DNA of 41,696 bases from Octopus bimaculoides. Taxonomy: Eukaryota. The notes under the pieces were generated by a model. It was not told the DNA's origin, made no database searches, and saw nothing but the letters and a program-made list of their open reading frames with translations. The translations under genes and the position numbers were made by a program. The number at the start of each line of letters is the position of its first letter. Within the stretch, counting starts at the first letter, position 1. The DNA lies in NCBI RefSeq assembly GCF_001194135.2, contig NC_068985.1, forward strand, positions 36,069,382 to 36,111,077, read 5' to 3'. This document shows, piece after piece, positions 25,818 through 37,419 of the stretch.

Positions 25818-27050
25818 ATCATCATCATTATAGCATTCATTCACTTTTTTCATGCTTGCATGGGTTGGACTGAGATTACTGAGGCAGATTTTTCTTCAGC
25901 CAGATCCCCTTCTTGTCACCAAGCCTTATCAGTTTCCAAGCAAGGTAATATTTTCCCATGACCAGACCAGAAATGAGTGACACTACTTGAATGACAGTGA
26001 CAATCATTTAGGAGACAAAAAAAGGGACAAATGTACACACACACACACATCTATATATATATCATCATCATCATCATTTAACGTCTGTTTTCCATGCTAG
26101 CATGGGTTGGACGGTTCGACCAATGAATCAAAAATCAGATCCACTCACGGAAAAATTTATAAATACATCTGATCCCAAAATATGCCACTACAAGCAAAAG
26201 CATCTACGGGAAGAGGGTCAGAGAAACTGTAAACCAAATTCCGTTTTTTTTTTTTTAACTATTTTCATTTCCCCCTTGTTTTTTCCCTCTTAACTCAGTA
26301 TGACTTGTCGATCGCCAGTAACATTAGTGAACTTTATACATTCAAACAAATTGATATACAGTTTTAATATTATTTACTGCTATGAACATTCAAACTTGCA
26401 CCTGTCCTCCTAATTCATAATGCTAAATTTATCTGTTTTGAACATGTTAATTTGTCAACATTGAAACATTTTAATTTGTCAACATTGAAACTTTTAAAGA
26501 TGTTTCTCTAATTCATAATTTTAAACTTTTACCATTGATAAACAAAAATATTGTTGAAATTAGTCTGGTTCTTGTTTTCGGTGTACTGCTACAGCGCTCT
26601 CTGTAAATTATGTTGTTAGTTCAGTTTGACATAGAATTCGTTTTCACATAGTTCTTGCTTTAAATCTCACAGTATTTGTCTTGGACCATGTCTTGAATGT
26701 ACTATATTATAATAGGAATAATATATTTTTTTTTAACTGTTTTTTGAGTACATCATCATCATTGCTTAATGTCCGCATTCCATGCTGGCATGAGTAGGAT
26801 GGTTTGACAGAAGCCCGCACCAGACTTCTGCAACTGTTTTAGCAGGTTTTTATATCTGGATGTCCTACCTAATACCCACTACTCAGCAGAGTGGTCTTAC
26901 TACTTTTTACGTGGCACAAGCATGGGCAAGGTCAGTTTTGGCAAGGTTTTTACAGCTGGATAGTCTTCCAAATGCCAGCCACTTTACAGTGTGGAATGGG
27001 TGCCTTAAAGTGGCACCTGCACTGACAAGGTCACCAAGTACTTGCAAGAC
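25818..27050 (-). mobile_element. Cluster of family C copies (about 25818-26010, 26063-26117, 26753-27050) around an unassigned segment
   Basis: Each starts with (ATC)n followed by variants of ttaacgtc..ttccatgct(a/g)gcatgggt. Confidence 0.7.
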
Positions 27051-27152
27051 AACATAATCTCTGGAAACTGACTCAGATGATTGAATTGGCAGGGCATATC
27101 AAACTGTTACTTCAATCTTTTTACACTTAAGTTGTTAATAAAATATCAGCTG

Positions 27153-27358
27153 AAGGCAGTGAGCTGGCAGAATCGTTAGCACGCTGGGGAAAGTGCTTAG
27201 CGGTATTTCATTCGTCTTTATCATCAGAGTTCACATTTTGCTGAGGTCATCTTTGCCTTTAGGGTCAATAAAATAAGTACCAGTTGAGCACTGGGGTTGA
27301 TGTAATTGGCTTACCCCCTCCTTCAAAGTTGCTGGTCTTGTCCCAAAATTTGAAACTA
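27153..27358 (+). mobile_element. SINE family A
   Basis: aaggcagtgagctggcagaatcgttagcacgctggg...aagtaccagttgagcactggggttgatgtaat...aaaatttgaaac. Confidence 0.85.
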
Positions 27359-27512
27359 ATATAATATCAGGTCAATGAAATAAGTACCAACCAAGGACTG
27401 GGGTTGGTTTAATAGACTGTACTTCCTCTCCCTTATCAAAAATATGTGTAGCCTTGTGCTAATATAAATATCAGTTTCATTGCATTATAAGAGTGGTGAA
27501 ATGAAAACTAAG

Positions 27513-27715
27513 TACTGATTTTTCTGGCATACAAGTTTACATGGTATTTACAATGTAAAGATGTAGAGTAAAAACATTCAAACATCACCTCTATCTTTCG
27601 ACATCTAGCTATATTTCTGGTCCTTCAGAGTTGCCATGGTGTATAAGTCAACCAACCTTTTTTGGCTGCAAATTTTGGTCTGCAAAATTCAACTTGTATG
27701 CCAGAAAATAAAGTA
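27513..27715. mobile_element. pogo/Tigger-type (Tc1/mariner superfamily) MITE
   Basis: About 24-bp TIRs TACTGATTTTTCTGGCATACAAGT and ACTTGTATGCCAGAAAATAAAGTA with TA ends, resembling CpG-decayed TACCGTATTTTCCGGCGTATAAG termini. Confidence 0.75.
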
Positions 27716-28103
27716 ATTCGGTGATGTAAAAGTGAATGCTAAGGTGAGGATGGGTATTAGACAAAAAGTACATGCTGTACAGATACTACATACTGTAGTG
27801 TATGCTGCTTTTTTGACTGAAACACTAAGCAAATTTTATATAAGAAATAGATAAATTTATTGAATTTGATATTATTCTTTTACCAAAAATTTAGATAATT
27901 TGATGATTACATATGTAATATATTTACATATGTTATACATATAATACAAAACCACAGTAAAACATACATCCCAAACCAAAGAAAACACAAACATGAGTAG
28001 AAAGAGAGAGAGTGAGAGAGAGAGAGAGGAAGAAGAGGTAAAAAGAAAGAAAACAAACATCAGTTCAACCGTAAGTGCTTCAATTGGTTACATACCACAA
28101 GGT

Positions 28104-28578
28104 TCAACAGAACCTACTGAAGCAAGCCAACATGCTCACGGCATTACCATGGGCAATGGTGAGGTTAAGGCTTTGGAACAACCAAGCCCCTCACAAGCAT
28201 TACTTGACACGTTGGTAAGGTGAGTTGGCAACGATGACAAGAATTTCGCTGTTAGTGGCCCAGCTCCTCCAAACATCTCAAATGTCTGAGGCTGGAAGAA
28301 ATAGTTCACTGATAAGTCCCAATACTTAAGGACTGTTCAGGTAAGGAAGCAGTAACCCGCCCATTTACTGCAGCATCCAGAATGTGGGAGGCAGCAAAAG
28401 AGTCAAAGACTGTGGCATCCTAGATGAGGTACCTACTTCTTACCCAGTGACAAAGGGTAAGACCATCTGATCCTTTCCCATCACTTCTGGGTAATCCCAC
28501 CAGCTCCAGAACTGAAGGGATATTAACCTGAACCGGGGCCTGCTTAATGGTTCAGTTCTTTTATCAACCTTCCAAGGA
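28104..28578 (-). mobile_element. CRE-clade non-LTR retrotransposon 3' fragment (restriction-like endonuclease), decayed
   Basis: Across frameshifts it reads IKQAPVQVNIPSVLELVGLPRSDGKGSDGLTLCHWVRSRYLI*DATVFDSFAASH...KYWDLSVNYFFQPQTFEMFGGAGP...AWLFQSLNLTIAHGNAVSMLAC, matching the EP.GL.R.DGKRPDG..WDAT..KY..F.P...ET.G.WG..QR.S....GNA pattern. Confidence 0.85.
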
Positions 28579-29273
28579 TGAAAAGCAATATTGACTCTGA
28601 CAGCTGGATGAATTCAAATTATGTAAATCAAGTAGATAAGTTACCTGTCATATCTGTGAACTTGCCACTCATAAATATTTATATCTCACATAAGTACAAA
28701 TTTCCAGATTTATTGAGAAAAGAAAATGAGAGATTGTGTGGTAATAAGGTTTTTGCTTTGTTTTTTTTTCCCAAGAGCTTTATTGATTCTATTCTGTGGC
28801 AGTTCTCTATCCTCTGTGATGATAGTTTTGCATGTAAATGTTGATTTCTAATGTAGGCACAAGGTTCCTGTCTTTGTAAATATTAACCTCAACCATAAAT
28901 GTTAATATTCAACATAGATTTGAAAACTGCAGCAAAATCCTACCAGATCCCAAGATGGAAATTATTGGCGTCATTTTATCTCTATTTCTGGCAAAAATAT
29001 TTTTAGTTTAGATTTTTATTAAGAATTCTGTCATTCTACTGCATTTTGCTAAATCATCAAATTCCACTTAGAAAATAAGCAGACTACAAAAATAACTATC
29101 AATCTAGTATGCTTGGAGACACTTTAGGATGTCTTCCTGTCCTCTCTTTGTTTAGGATTAAATATAATTCCCTCATTGATTCAGGAATTAAAACGTTCTG
29201 ATTCTTGTTAAATATATAATCTCCATATTTTAATTTTAATAGCGTTTTTTGTCTCTTTAGAAAAACAAAAGCA

Positions 29274-29275
<2 letters not shown>

Positions 29276-29358
<83 letters not shown>
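29276..29358. repeat. (CT)n microsatellite
   Basis: Directly visible. Confidence 0.98.
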
Positions 29359-29361
<3 letters not shown>

Positions 29362-29833
29362 TTGTTGCTTTTTAAATACTTGATAAATATCTCATGCTAT
29401 AAATAGAATGTCAGATTTTCTGCTTTGGAGAATTGTTGTTGCCTATTCTTTTAATTTCCTGCTTCATGTTTTAAAACATCTCGCTGATTTCTATTACATT
29501 TGGCATTGTTAGTCATCCTAGTGTGATGCTACGGTTTTTGTTAGTGTACAGTCTAATTTCTTACAATTATTTCACTTATATTGCTATTGATAATTAGGAA
29601 ATTTATGAACATTTCAACTCCTCACTTGCCCTTTTTAAAAAATTAAAAGTTAAGGACCCTTTTTCTGTTTGTAGAAGTGAAATAGCTAAGGGGATATATT
29701 CTGGGACTATTTGCTTGAAAGTCTTGTATTCAAATCCACTGCAGTTCTTTTGGCAGTACACATAATTCTAGGTACCAAACTTCCAAGGGAATGTTGCCTG
29801 AAATAAAACTAGTAATAAAGGTAAAGACACCCT

Positions 29834-30152
29834 TTCTTCATGAATGACCATTGGATTGCACCTAGAAAGTTACCCTCTGAGGCACAAGTCCAGGCAAGGT
29901 TGTTTATGGAATATCAGCAATTGCCCATGCATACCATCTTCCCTCTCCATACCATCGATGTTATCCAAGGGGAAGGCAAAGGGTGATTCAACTTGGCACC
30001 GGTGACATTGCAACTCATTTCTACAGCTGAGTGAACTGGAGTAACATGAAATAAAATGCCTTGCTCAGGAACTCAACACACAGCCTCGTCTAAGAATCAA
30101 ACTCACTACCTCATGATTGTTAGCCTGACACTCTATCTGCTGAGCTATGCAC
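29834..30152 (-). mobile_element. tRNA-derived SINE (family E), diverged
   Basis: agctgagtgaactggagtaacatgaaataaaatgccttgctcaggaactcaac core followed by a decayed reverse tRNA head (gaatcaaactc...ctgagctatgcac). Confidence 0.7.
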
Positions 30153-30213
30153 TTGGCTTTAGGAGACACTGGCAGTCAGAGTGTAGTGTTATTTGGGTAA
30201 AAAGGGAAATAAT

Positions 30214-30331
30214 ATCATCATCATCATCATCGTCGTTTAACGTCCGCTTTCCATGCTAGCATGGGTTGGACGATTTGACTGAGGACTGGTGAAACCAGAT
30301 GGCTACACCAGGCTCCAATCTGATTTGGCAG

Positions 30332-30336
<5 letters not shown>
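30214..30336 (-). mobile_element. Family C young copy truncated at a (TA)n tract
   Basis: About 105 nt match 16021-16126 with one substitution and one indel. Confidence 0.88.
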
Positions 30337-30366
<30 letters not shown>

Positions 30367-31339
30367 GAAATATGTTACAAAAACAAAATAGAAACTACAC
30401 GTGGAAATGTAAAGGGAAAGGTAAGAAGAAAAATAAGTGAAAATGCACATTGGAAATCAAAAAAAGTAAAGGCTTTTTATGAAAAGTAACAATAGATATA
30501 TACAAGTAGATGAACTGAGGTAGGAATAAGAGTAATAAAAGTCATTATTGTGAATTGTTAAAGAGATTCAAAAGCATACCCGTTTCGTAAAGTTACTAAT
30601 CATTGCTTTGAATGCACACCACTTACTGAACACTGTCTGGTCTACTAGTCCCTGAGTAAAAAGATTATGTGTAAGGGAGGTCAGTAGTTCTGGATTTGGT
30701 GCAATTAGGGTAGATATAGATCTGTAATGTGAATGGTGTATGGGATGTATAGTGGTTAGTGGTATTAATTGAAAGGTTAGTAGTGTTCTGTATTATGTTA
30801 TGTGTTCATATTTAGTTGTGGAAGAATCTCTTTAACAATTCACAATAATAACTTTTATTACTTTTATTCCTACCTCAGTTCATCTACTTGTATATATGTA
30901 TCGTTACTTTTAATAAAAAGCCTTTACGTTTTTGGATTTCCAATGTGCATTTTTGCTTATTTTTCTTCTTACTTTCCCCCATATATATAATAATAATTAA
31001 GGTCAAAGGAAAAATATATATGAAATATCTTCACTCTGCTTGGTATGTTAATGTTAAAAATATGTCCAACAGGTTAATGTGTGTGTGTGTGTGTGTGTGT
31101 GCGTGTGCGAGTGTGTGAGCATGTATGTATGTATGTGAGTGTGTGTGTACCTGTGTGTCTATTGTCAAGTTTCACTTGGGTACAAATTTAATTTTTTATT
31201 GAATAGGGGGCTTACATGCATACACACTTACCCAGCCCCACACAGTCTATTTTATTTATACCATTTATTCTTATGTTTGTCAGACAATCAGAGAAATCAT
31301 CTTGATTAGTATACTGTTTTAAAATGAACATTCCCAGTT

Positions 31340-31640
31340 TAGATACAAGCAAAAACAAGTGGCTGAAATTGGTTTCCTCAAAAGGATCTCTGGATAACAT
31401 TACTCAACAGGGTGAATAGCTCAGAGATCAGGAAGTCTCTTCAGGTCAAGCTGCTACTCTGCATTGAGAAGGCACAGCTCTCATACAATGGACATGTCAA
31501 GAGAAAGAATTATAAGACCTAGGGTTAGACCATGATCAAGATGGTCAGATTGATATTCATAGTCTCAGTTAGTTTGGTTTGGGAATCCAATGAGAAAGTT
31601 AATGATGGCTATTTGAGATAGGACCTTATGAAGGAGGTAC
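31340..31640 (+). mobile_element. Decayed RTE-clade LINE ORF C-terminal fragment
   Basis: With frameshifts: QVAEIGFLKRISG-ITLLNRVNSSEIRKSLQVKLLLCIEKAQLSYNGHVKR...RPRVRP*SRWSD, typical of the RTE tail (EM..LR...G.T..D...N..IR..L......W.GHV.R..RPRGRP..RW.D). Confidence 0.8.
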
Positions 31641-32107
31641 CTGAGGACTCTGCCTCAGGAATAGTAAGTAAAGAAGATGGATGGACAGATGCTTTAGATT
31701 CAAGATCTTGTGTGTGTGTGTGTGTGTGTTCATGTGAGAGTGTGTATGTATGTGTATGGATATGTGTGTGTGCATGTGTATTTGTATGTGTGTATGTTTT
31801 CTGTTTGACAAAGTGTTTTGGTCAATCAAGTCTCTGGTTATTTCCATATACACATGAAACTGAGATAAACTCATTAAGGACACTGAAACCCTGCAGTTAC
31901 AAATAGAAATTTTGAGTTCAAAACAAACCTAGAGAAACATACTACATGCATAACAATAGGACCCAAACCTGAAAATGATTTAAGTTTAGATTTATCAAAA
32001 CATTGTATCACATAAAAACACACAAGCTGAGGTCAGTCATTTGAAACATTTTAAAGTTGGCAGAGATTAGAAGATCCTATCAGTGCAGATACTTCTATAT
32101 CTGGTAG

Positions 32108-32201
32108 GAAGATACTTTAAGAAGTGAGGAAGTGATTACATGTATTCAGGCAGTAAATAACTCAGTGAAACGGAAGATAGATGGTTATAAGAGATTAACT
32201 G
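32108..32201 (+). CDS. Candidate exon (EDTLRSEEVITCIQAVNNSVKRKIDGYKRLT)
   Basis: Acceptor cttctatatctggtag|, 31 open codons, donor G|gtgtag; phase 1 end fits the 32574 exon. Confidence 0.35.
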
Positions 32202-32573
32202 GTGTAGGCTGTAATTTTGACTACATATGCTGCTGCTGCTAACCAGTCTGCTTGTTAATGTTGCTGTTATTGTTGCTGTTACTTCTTTTGTTGATACTGA
32301 TTCTACAGCCATTGAAGTGAGTTTAGTTTGATGAAAATGAACAAAACAATTGTTATTGAAAATCTGGAAATATTTCTTTTGACAATTTTATCATTTCTTC
32401 ATTGACACAAAATATTGAACAAACTAAGAATTTCTATTTAAAAAATACTCTTGGAAAATGATTTTGCACCAGAATACTCTGAACCTGAAATAATGCTGCA
32501 CTATTTCTGATAATGTTCTTTTTCAATGTTACAATAAAATTACACTTCTGCCTCATATTTCTTATCTCTTCAG

Positions 32574-32680
32574 GAATATTTTTGAAGAGTCTAAATAATA
32601 TGACTGTTTGTTTCTCAGAAGGACTCTCATCTTTGCTTTTTTATAAAGATCTTCTTAAAATGCCTGAATTTTCCAAACCA
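32574..32680 (+). CDS. Candidate exon (GIFLKSLNNMTVCFSEGLSSLLFYKDLLKMPEFSKP)
   Basis: Strong acceptor atttcttatctcttcag|; only one frame is open; donor CCA|gttaga. Confidence 0.4.
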
Positions 32681-32694
32681 GTTAGATATATTTG

Positions 32695-32890
32695 ACAACA
32701 ATAATGATAATAATGATGATGATTTTGCTTAGGATAATGGTGTCAATGAGGATAATGATAATGATAATGATGCTGGTGAGGATAATTATGTTGATTAGGG
32801 TAATTATCATAATCATGTTTGTTATGGTTATAATTATCAGCATTGCTGCCCTCCTCCTCATCAATATCATTGTCGTCGTCGTCATTTTAG
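32695..32890. repeat. Degenerate (ATN)n trinucleotide repeat
   Basis: ATA/ATG/ATC triplets; it explains the poly-I/M ORFs. Confidence 0.9.
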
Positions 32891-33904
32891 TGTTCATTTT
32901 CTCATATTAAAGAAAGCTTTGTGAGTGAAATTCAGTAGAGAAATGTATGGAAGCCTATCAGAGGAACCATCCCTGTTCTTGGGTGATAGGATTTAACCCA
33001 ATATCTGTTATAATGTTATCACTTTGTCCTTGGACCCATCATGGAGTCCAGTGTATTGCAAACATTAAGGACACTAGTTTCCGATTTCAGGGTAACTTCT
33101 TCCATTCACCCCATCAGTCTCAGAAGTCTTTGAAAGAGTTGGAAGAGTTGTGTGTATTGTCATTCCTTTTCTGAGTAGACTAAAAAAAAGAAAAAAAACA
33201 GTTACAACACCAACAACAATAAAGCATCCATTTATTGAAATGGAAAACAGATAAATCAACAAATTTGATGCTGAGTCTTCAGCTTTGTCACAGTAACATT
33301 TTAATGTGGTTGTGACTGCAACAACGTAGTCTGAAATATTTAAGTGCTATCAAGTTTAATCTGCATTTGCCGAGCTAATGTGGGAGTCTCTATGCAGTTG
33401 TTTGAATGTCTAGAAATAGCAGCCATACCACCCACATGCCATCATCTTAAAAATAGAAGGACACATTGTGCAGTGTAGTCATTGATGTACTAGGGAGGAA
33501 GGGGGTCATGTTGATGACAAGGGTAAAAGGGGGTCATGTTTGCAAGAGATTTGATTATAGCATAAGTCTGCTTGATCAGAACTGATCTGGGTTAAACAAA
33601 AACCAACAATGTATATTTGACAGAAACCTTTAATTTTAACCAACACAAACTAGTAAAGAGAGAAACTGATATGAAATGTGTACCAGTAAATTTGTTTGCT
33701 CAGCTCCTTACTTCAATCCAAACCATATGATCGAGATCTTTTGTTTTGTGTTCAATACATGTTCTTTGATGTGGCAACTTTAAGCCAGCCATATGAATGT
33801 TGCTACTTTTTATATTTACTACAAAAATGTCCTACTCATGTTCAGCTTCAAATCCATACTCTTTGGTGCAGTCTATTGAGGACAGTCTGTCCCTTTAGCA
33901 TTTG

Positions 33905-34335
33905 TTATTTAAGCCCTTTGCCCTCTATGGAGCATAGGCCATTAACAACTTTTCACTACTGTTCTTGACTCTGAACTTTCTTTTCTGCTTCTCTCCAGGT
34001 GAATCAGTATCCTACCTCCAATTATTTTTAAGGCATCCTCTCTTCTGACTTCCTTGTGACTTCCAGATATGTTTCCCTGAAAGAAGGCTTTCCTCTCCCA
34101 GGTCTCATTCGTTTTGAATTTTCATTGATGCTTCAGTAACTTTTCTTTTTCCTGGGTAGCAGTGCTGGCCCTATGCAAACTCTTTTTTTCTACCTCTGGG
34201 AAGAGGTGGTCTATATTAGCCTGATCTCTATCCTTTGATCTCTTCAGCATGAGTGATCCTACCACTGGCGGCACAGTTCTCAGAGTAACTGAGGCATACA
34301 AACCACTATGCCACAAGAACTGGACCTTATGGTAG
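33905..34335 (-). mobile_element. Internally deleted RTE (BovB/Expander-like) derivative
   Basis: The minus strand has an RTE-like 5' UTR (ccagttcttgtggcatagtggtttgtatgcctcagttactctgagaactgtgcc) joined to a 3' end reading FTWREAEKKVQSQEQ**KVVNGLCSIEGKGLK*. Confidence 0.6.
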
Positions 34336-35321
34336 ATAAATATTTGTAGTTTTATAGAATTTGGTCCAGTTCACACAAGACAACCCTGTCTGTGTTCTCT
34401 TCTGAATTGCAAGAAATTGTACATTTCACTCCTTAATGTAAAGTTACTCCTTGTAAACAACTTTGAACTGTTATACAATTACACAATCACATAGATTGAT
34501 CAGCACCCTTGTTGTAACTATCTCCTATCAGTTTGTGTAAATGAGGAAGGATGAGGGAGTAAGAGTGAACTAGAGAGGACAAGGGAGAGTGAGGTGGGTA
34601 AGGGTGTTTTAAAACCAACATATGTGGGCATGTATTTGTGAGTGAGTGTGTACTGGGTGTGGGGGAAAATAACATTTTATGATGAAGAAGATACACATGG
34701 CTAAAAGGAGAGAAAATAAGATAAGATAGAGAGAGAAGATAAGGGGTTTCTTTTTGATTAAGTGGAGAAAGGGTGAATGTTTACATACTACATATTCATC
34801 CTCTTTCTTCATCCAGTCAAAAAGAAATCCCTCCCATTTCCCCCTCTCCTCCTACTTTATACCCTTCCTCCCACTTCATCTCTCCATCTTCCCTCATCAC
34901 CCGTTCTACTGCACCGTCTTATCATAGAATGTTATTTTTCTCCCCCAGAGCTCCACCTCTCTTTCTCTTCCTTGCCCTCTTTACCTCACCATTTACACCT
35001 CCTCCACAAAAAACACTTCCGTACTCACATTTGAAATGGTGGGAAAATATTGCCACTTGAAGCTGGCCCATAGTGATAATGACTTAAAAGAACAGTCCAA
35101 GAGATAGGGCTAGAGCCAAGCTATTCTTCTCTGGTCAACAATGTCTGATGAGTATTAAATTATTCTTTCATTCTAGGAAGAACTTTTAGTATGAAACCAT
35201 ACAGTATTGTATACTGGTTTTTATAAGACTAAATTGATAATATTGTATAAGTAATATAGCCACTCTATTACCTTATATGTTAGTGTGATATTTTTTCTGA
35301 CATATGAAAGCTTATTGGACA

Positions 35322-35430
35322 GTAGAACAAGTAGAAAGATAAATTTTATTCAACACATAGATACTGAACATATATAAAGGATAAAATCAATCTATGCGTT
35401 GAATAAAATTTATCTTTCTACTTGTTCTAC
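35322..35430. repeat. Hairpin with 41-bp arms (one mismatch) and a 27-nt loop
   Basis: gtagaacaagtagaaagataaattttattcaacacatagat versus atctatgcgttgaataaaatttatctttctacttgttctac. Confidence 0.92.
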
Positions 35431-35617
35431 AATACATTTCACCACTTCAAAAACAAACTTGTTTATTGGATAGTATACACACACACACACACACACACAC
35501 ACATTTTTTGGGACCAATGGGTTTATGTCAATTAGTGTGTTGAGTAAAGCACATTTGCAAATTCAGCTACCTGGTGTTACTCATAGTTGGGATATATTTC
35601 CCCTTGGTCTGCATCAG

Positions 35618-35661
35618 GAATTCCACAATGTTAGTTGAGATAAAAGTTGATGAAGGAAATG
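35618..35661 (+). CDS. Candidate exon (NSTMLVEIKVDEGN)
   Basis: Acceptor ttccccttggtctgcatcag|, donor G|gtagat; phase 1 end fits the 35976 exon. Confidence 0.4.
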
Positions 35662-35975
35662 GTAGATTTAACACTAGTTCTAAATCTATCTTCCGTTTCC
35701 TTCANNNNNNNNNNNNNNNNNNNNNNNNNNNNNNNNNNNNNNNNNNNNNNNNNNNNNNNNNNNNNNNNNNNNNNNNNNNNNNNNNNNNNNNNNNNNNNNN
35801 NNNNNNNNNNNNNNNNNNNNNNNNNNNNNNNNNNNNNNNNNNNNNNNNNNNNNNNNNNNNNNNNNNNNNNNNNNNNNNNNNNNNNNNNNNNNNNNNNNNN
35901 NNNNNNNNNNNNNNNNNNNNNNNNNNNNNNNNNNTTTTGTTAAATTATTTCATTGCACTCTTGCAATCTCTTCAG

Positions 35976-36039
35976 TAACTTGTCTCTCCACTTCCATTTA
36001 TTTTGAATGTATGATCTGGCGTTGTTTCGAAACTGTTCG
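35976..36039 (+). CDS. Candidate exon (VTCLSTSIYFECMIWRCFETVR)
   Basis: Acceptor ctcttgcaatctcttcag|, donor CG|gtatga; only one frame is open; CpGs retained. Confidence 0.45.
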
Positions 36040-36511
36040 GTATGAGCATGTGAGTGTGTGCAAGCTCGTATGTGTGCACGCTCATATGTGTGCACGCACT
36101 TATGTGTTCGTGCTTATATGTAAGTATGTGTGTCCATATGTGTGTTTGTAACAATTTCGTTTATATCAGATCAGATAGAGACTTTTTAATTAATTTATTT
36201 ACGTTCATATTCCGCATCATATGTATTTCTTTCAACACACGTATCCACATCAAGAATCTTGCACACGAAATACACATACGAAATATAGGTAAAAACACAA
36301 CAAATGGAAATCATCAAAACATAACAAGTAGGAAAAGGATGATAGCATAACAATGGCAAACAGGACAAAACAAGATACACTGATCATTTGCAGCCAATTG
36401 CTTCTTCAGTTGGAATAAAGGAAAAGAATTCCTTCAAAGTAGTGTGTAAAACATTTAGTTCACTGGTACGTCAGTTGAATACCACATAAATATGGGTATA
36501 GTGCAAATTAC

Positions 36512-36861
36512 AAACAATAAATTAAATAGAGAGATACAATTGACAATCCAATAATTTATTTATATTATAATATAGCATAATATACTATAAATATAATATA
36601 ACATAAACAATTATTTAAACAACCAAAAAAGCCAACAAGGAATTTCGTCTATCTACTTACCATTACTCTGATGTGACTTATATATAAGGGAACTAGATTG
36701 TTTATATATCAAAAAATGTATATAAGTTGAAACAAATTGTTGGCTTTTTGGTTGTTTAAATAATTGTTTATGTTATATTATATTATATTTATAGTATATT
36801 ATGTTATGATATAAATAAATTATTGGATTGTCAATTGTATCTCTCTATTTAATTTATTGTT

Positions 36862-36862
<1 letters not shown>
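36512..36862. repeat. Inverted repeat (MITE-like) with about 125-bp arms and a 98-nt spacer
   Basis: 36512-36638 (aaacaataaattaaatagagagatacaattgac...aaaaagccaacaa) is the near-perfect reverse complement of 36737-36862. Confidence 0.9.
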
Positions 36863-36941
<79 letters not shown>

Positions 36942-37164
36942 CAGTTAAATATATATCCAGTCATAGAGTGACCAATGGTTTTTCATCCATAAAGCGCTAA
37001 GCTTTATGGATGTGAAACCATTCTTCATTCTATGACTGGACATATATTTAACTGCATGTAAATACATTACTACTCTTTTCTTTAGTGTGCTTCTGTTTTG
37101 GATATATGATCCACAGCTGAGATATATGTATATATATGTGTGTGTGTGTGTGTATATATATATG

Positions 37165-37195
<31 letters not shown>

Positions 37196-37419
37196 TATGT
37201 ATATGTATGTATGTATGTATGTATATGCATATATGCCAGTGCATGTGTGTGTGTATCCACACACACACATATATGTATGTACATATGTATTTGTGCATGC
37301 ATATATCTATACATAAGCATACATACACACACAGACACACATGCTTGTGTGCATGCACGCACACACATAAATATACATAAATATGGGGCCTATTTATTTC
37401 TGTTCTTTATTGTACCCAG

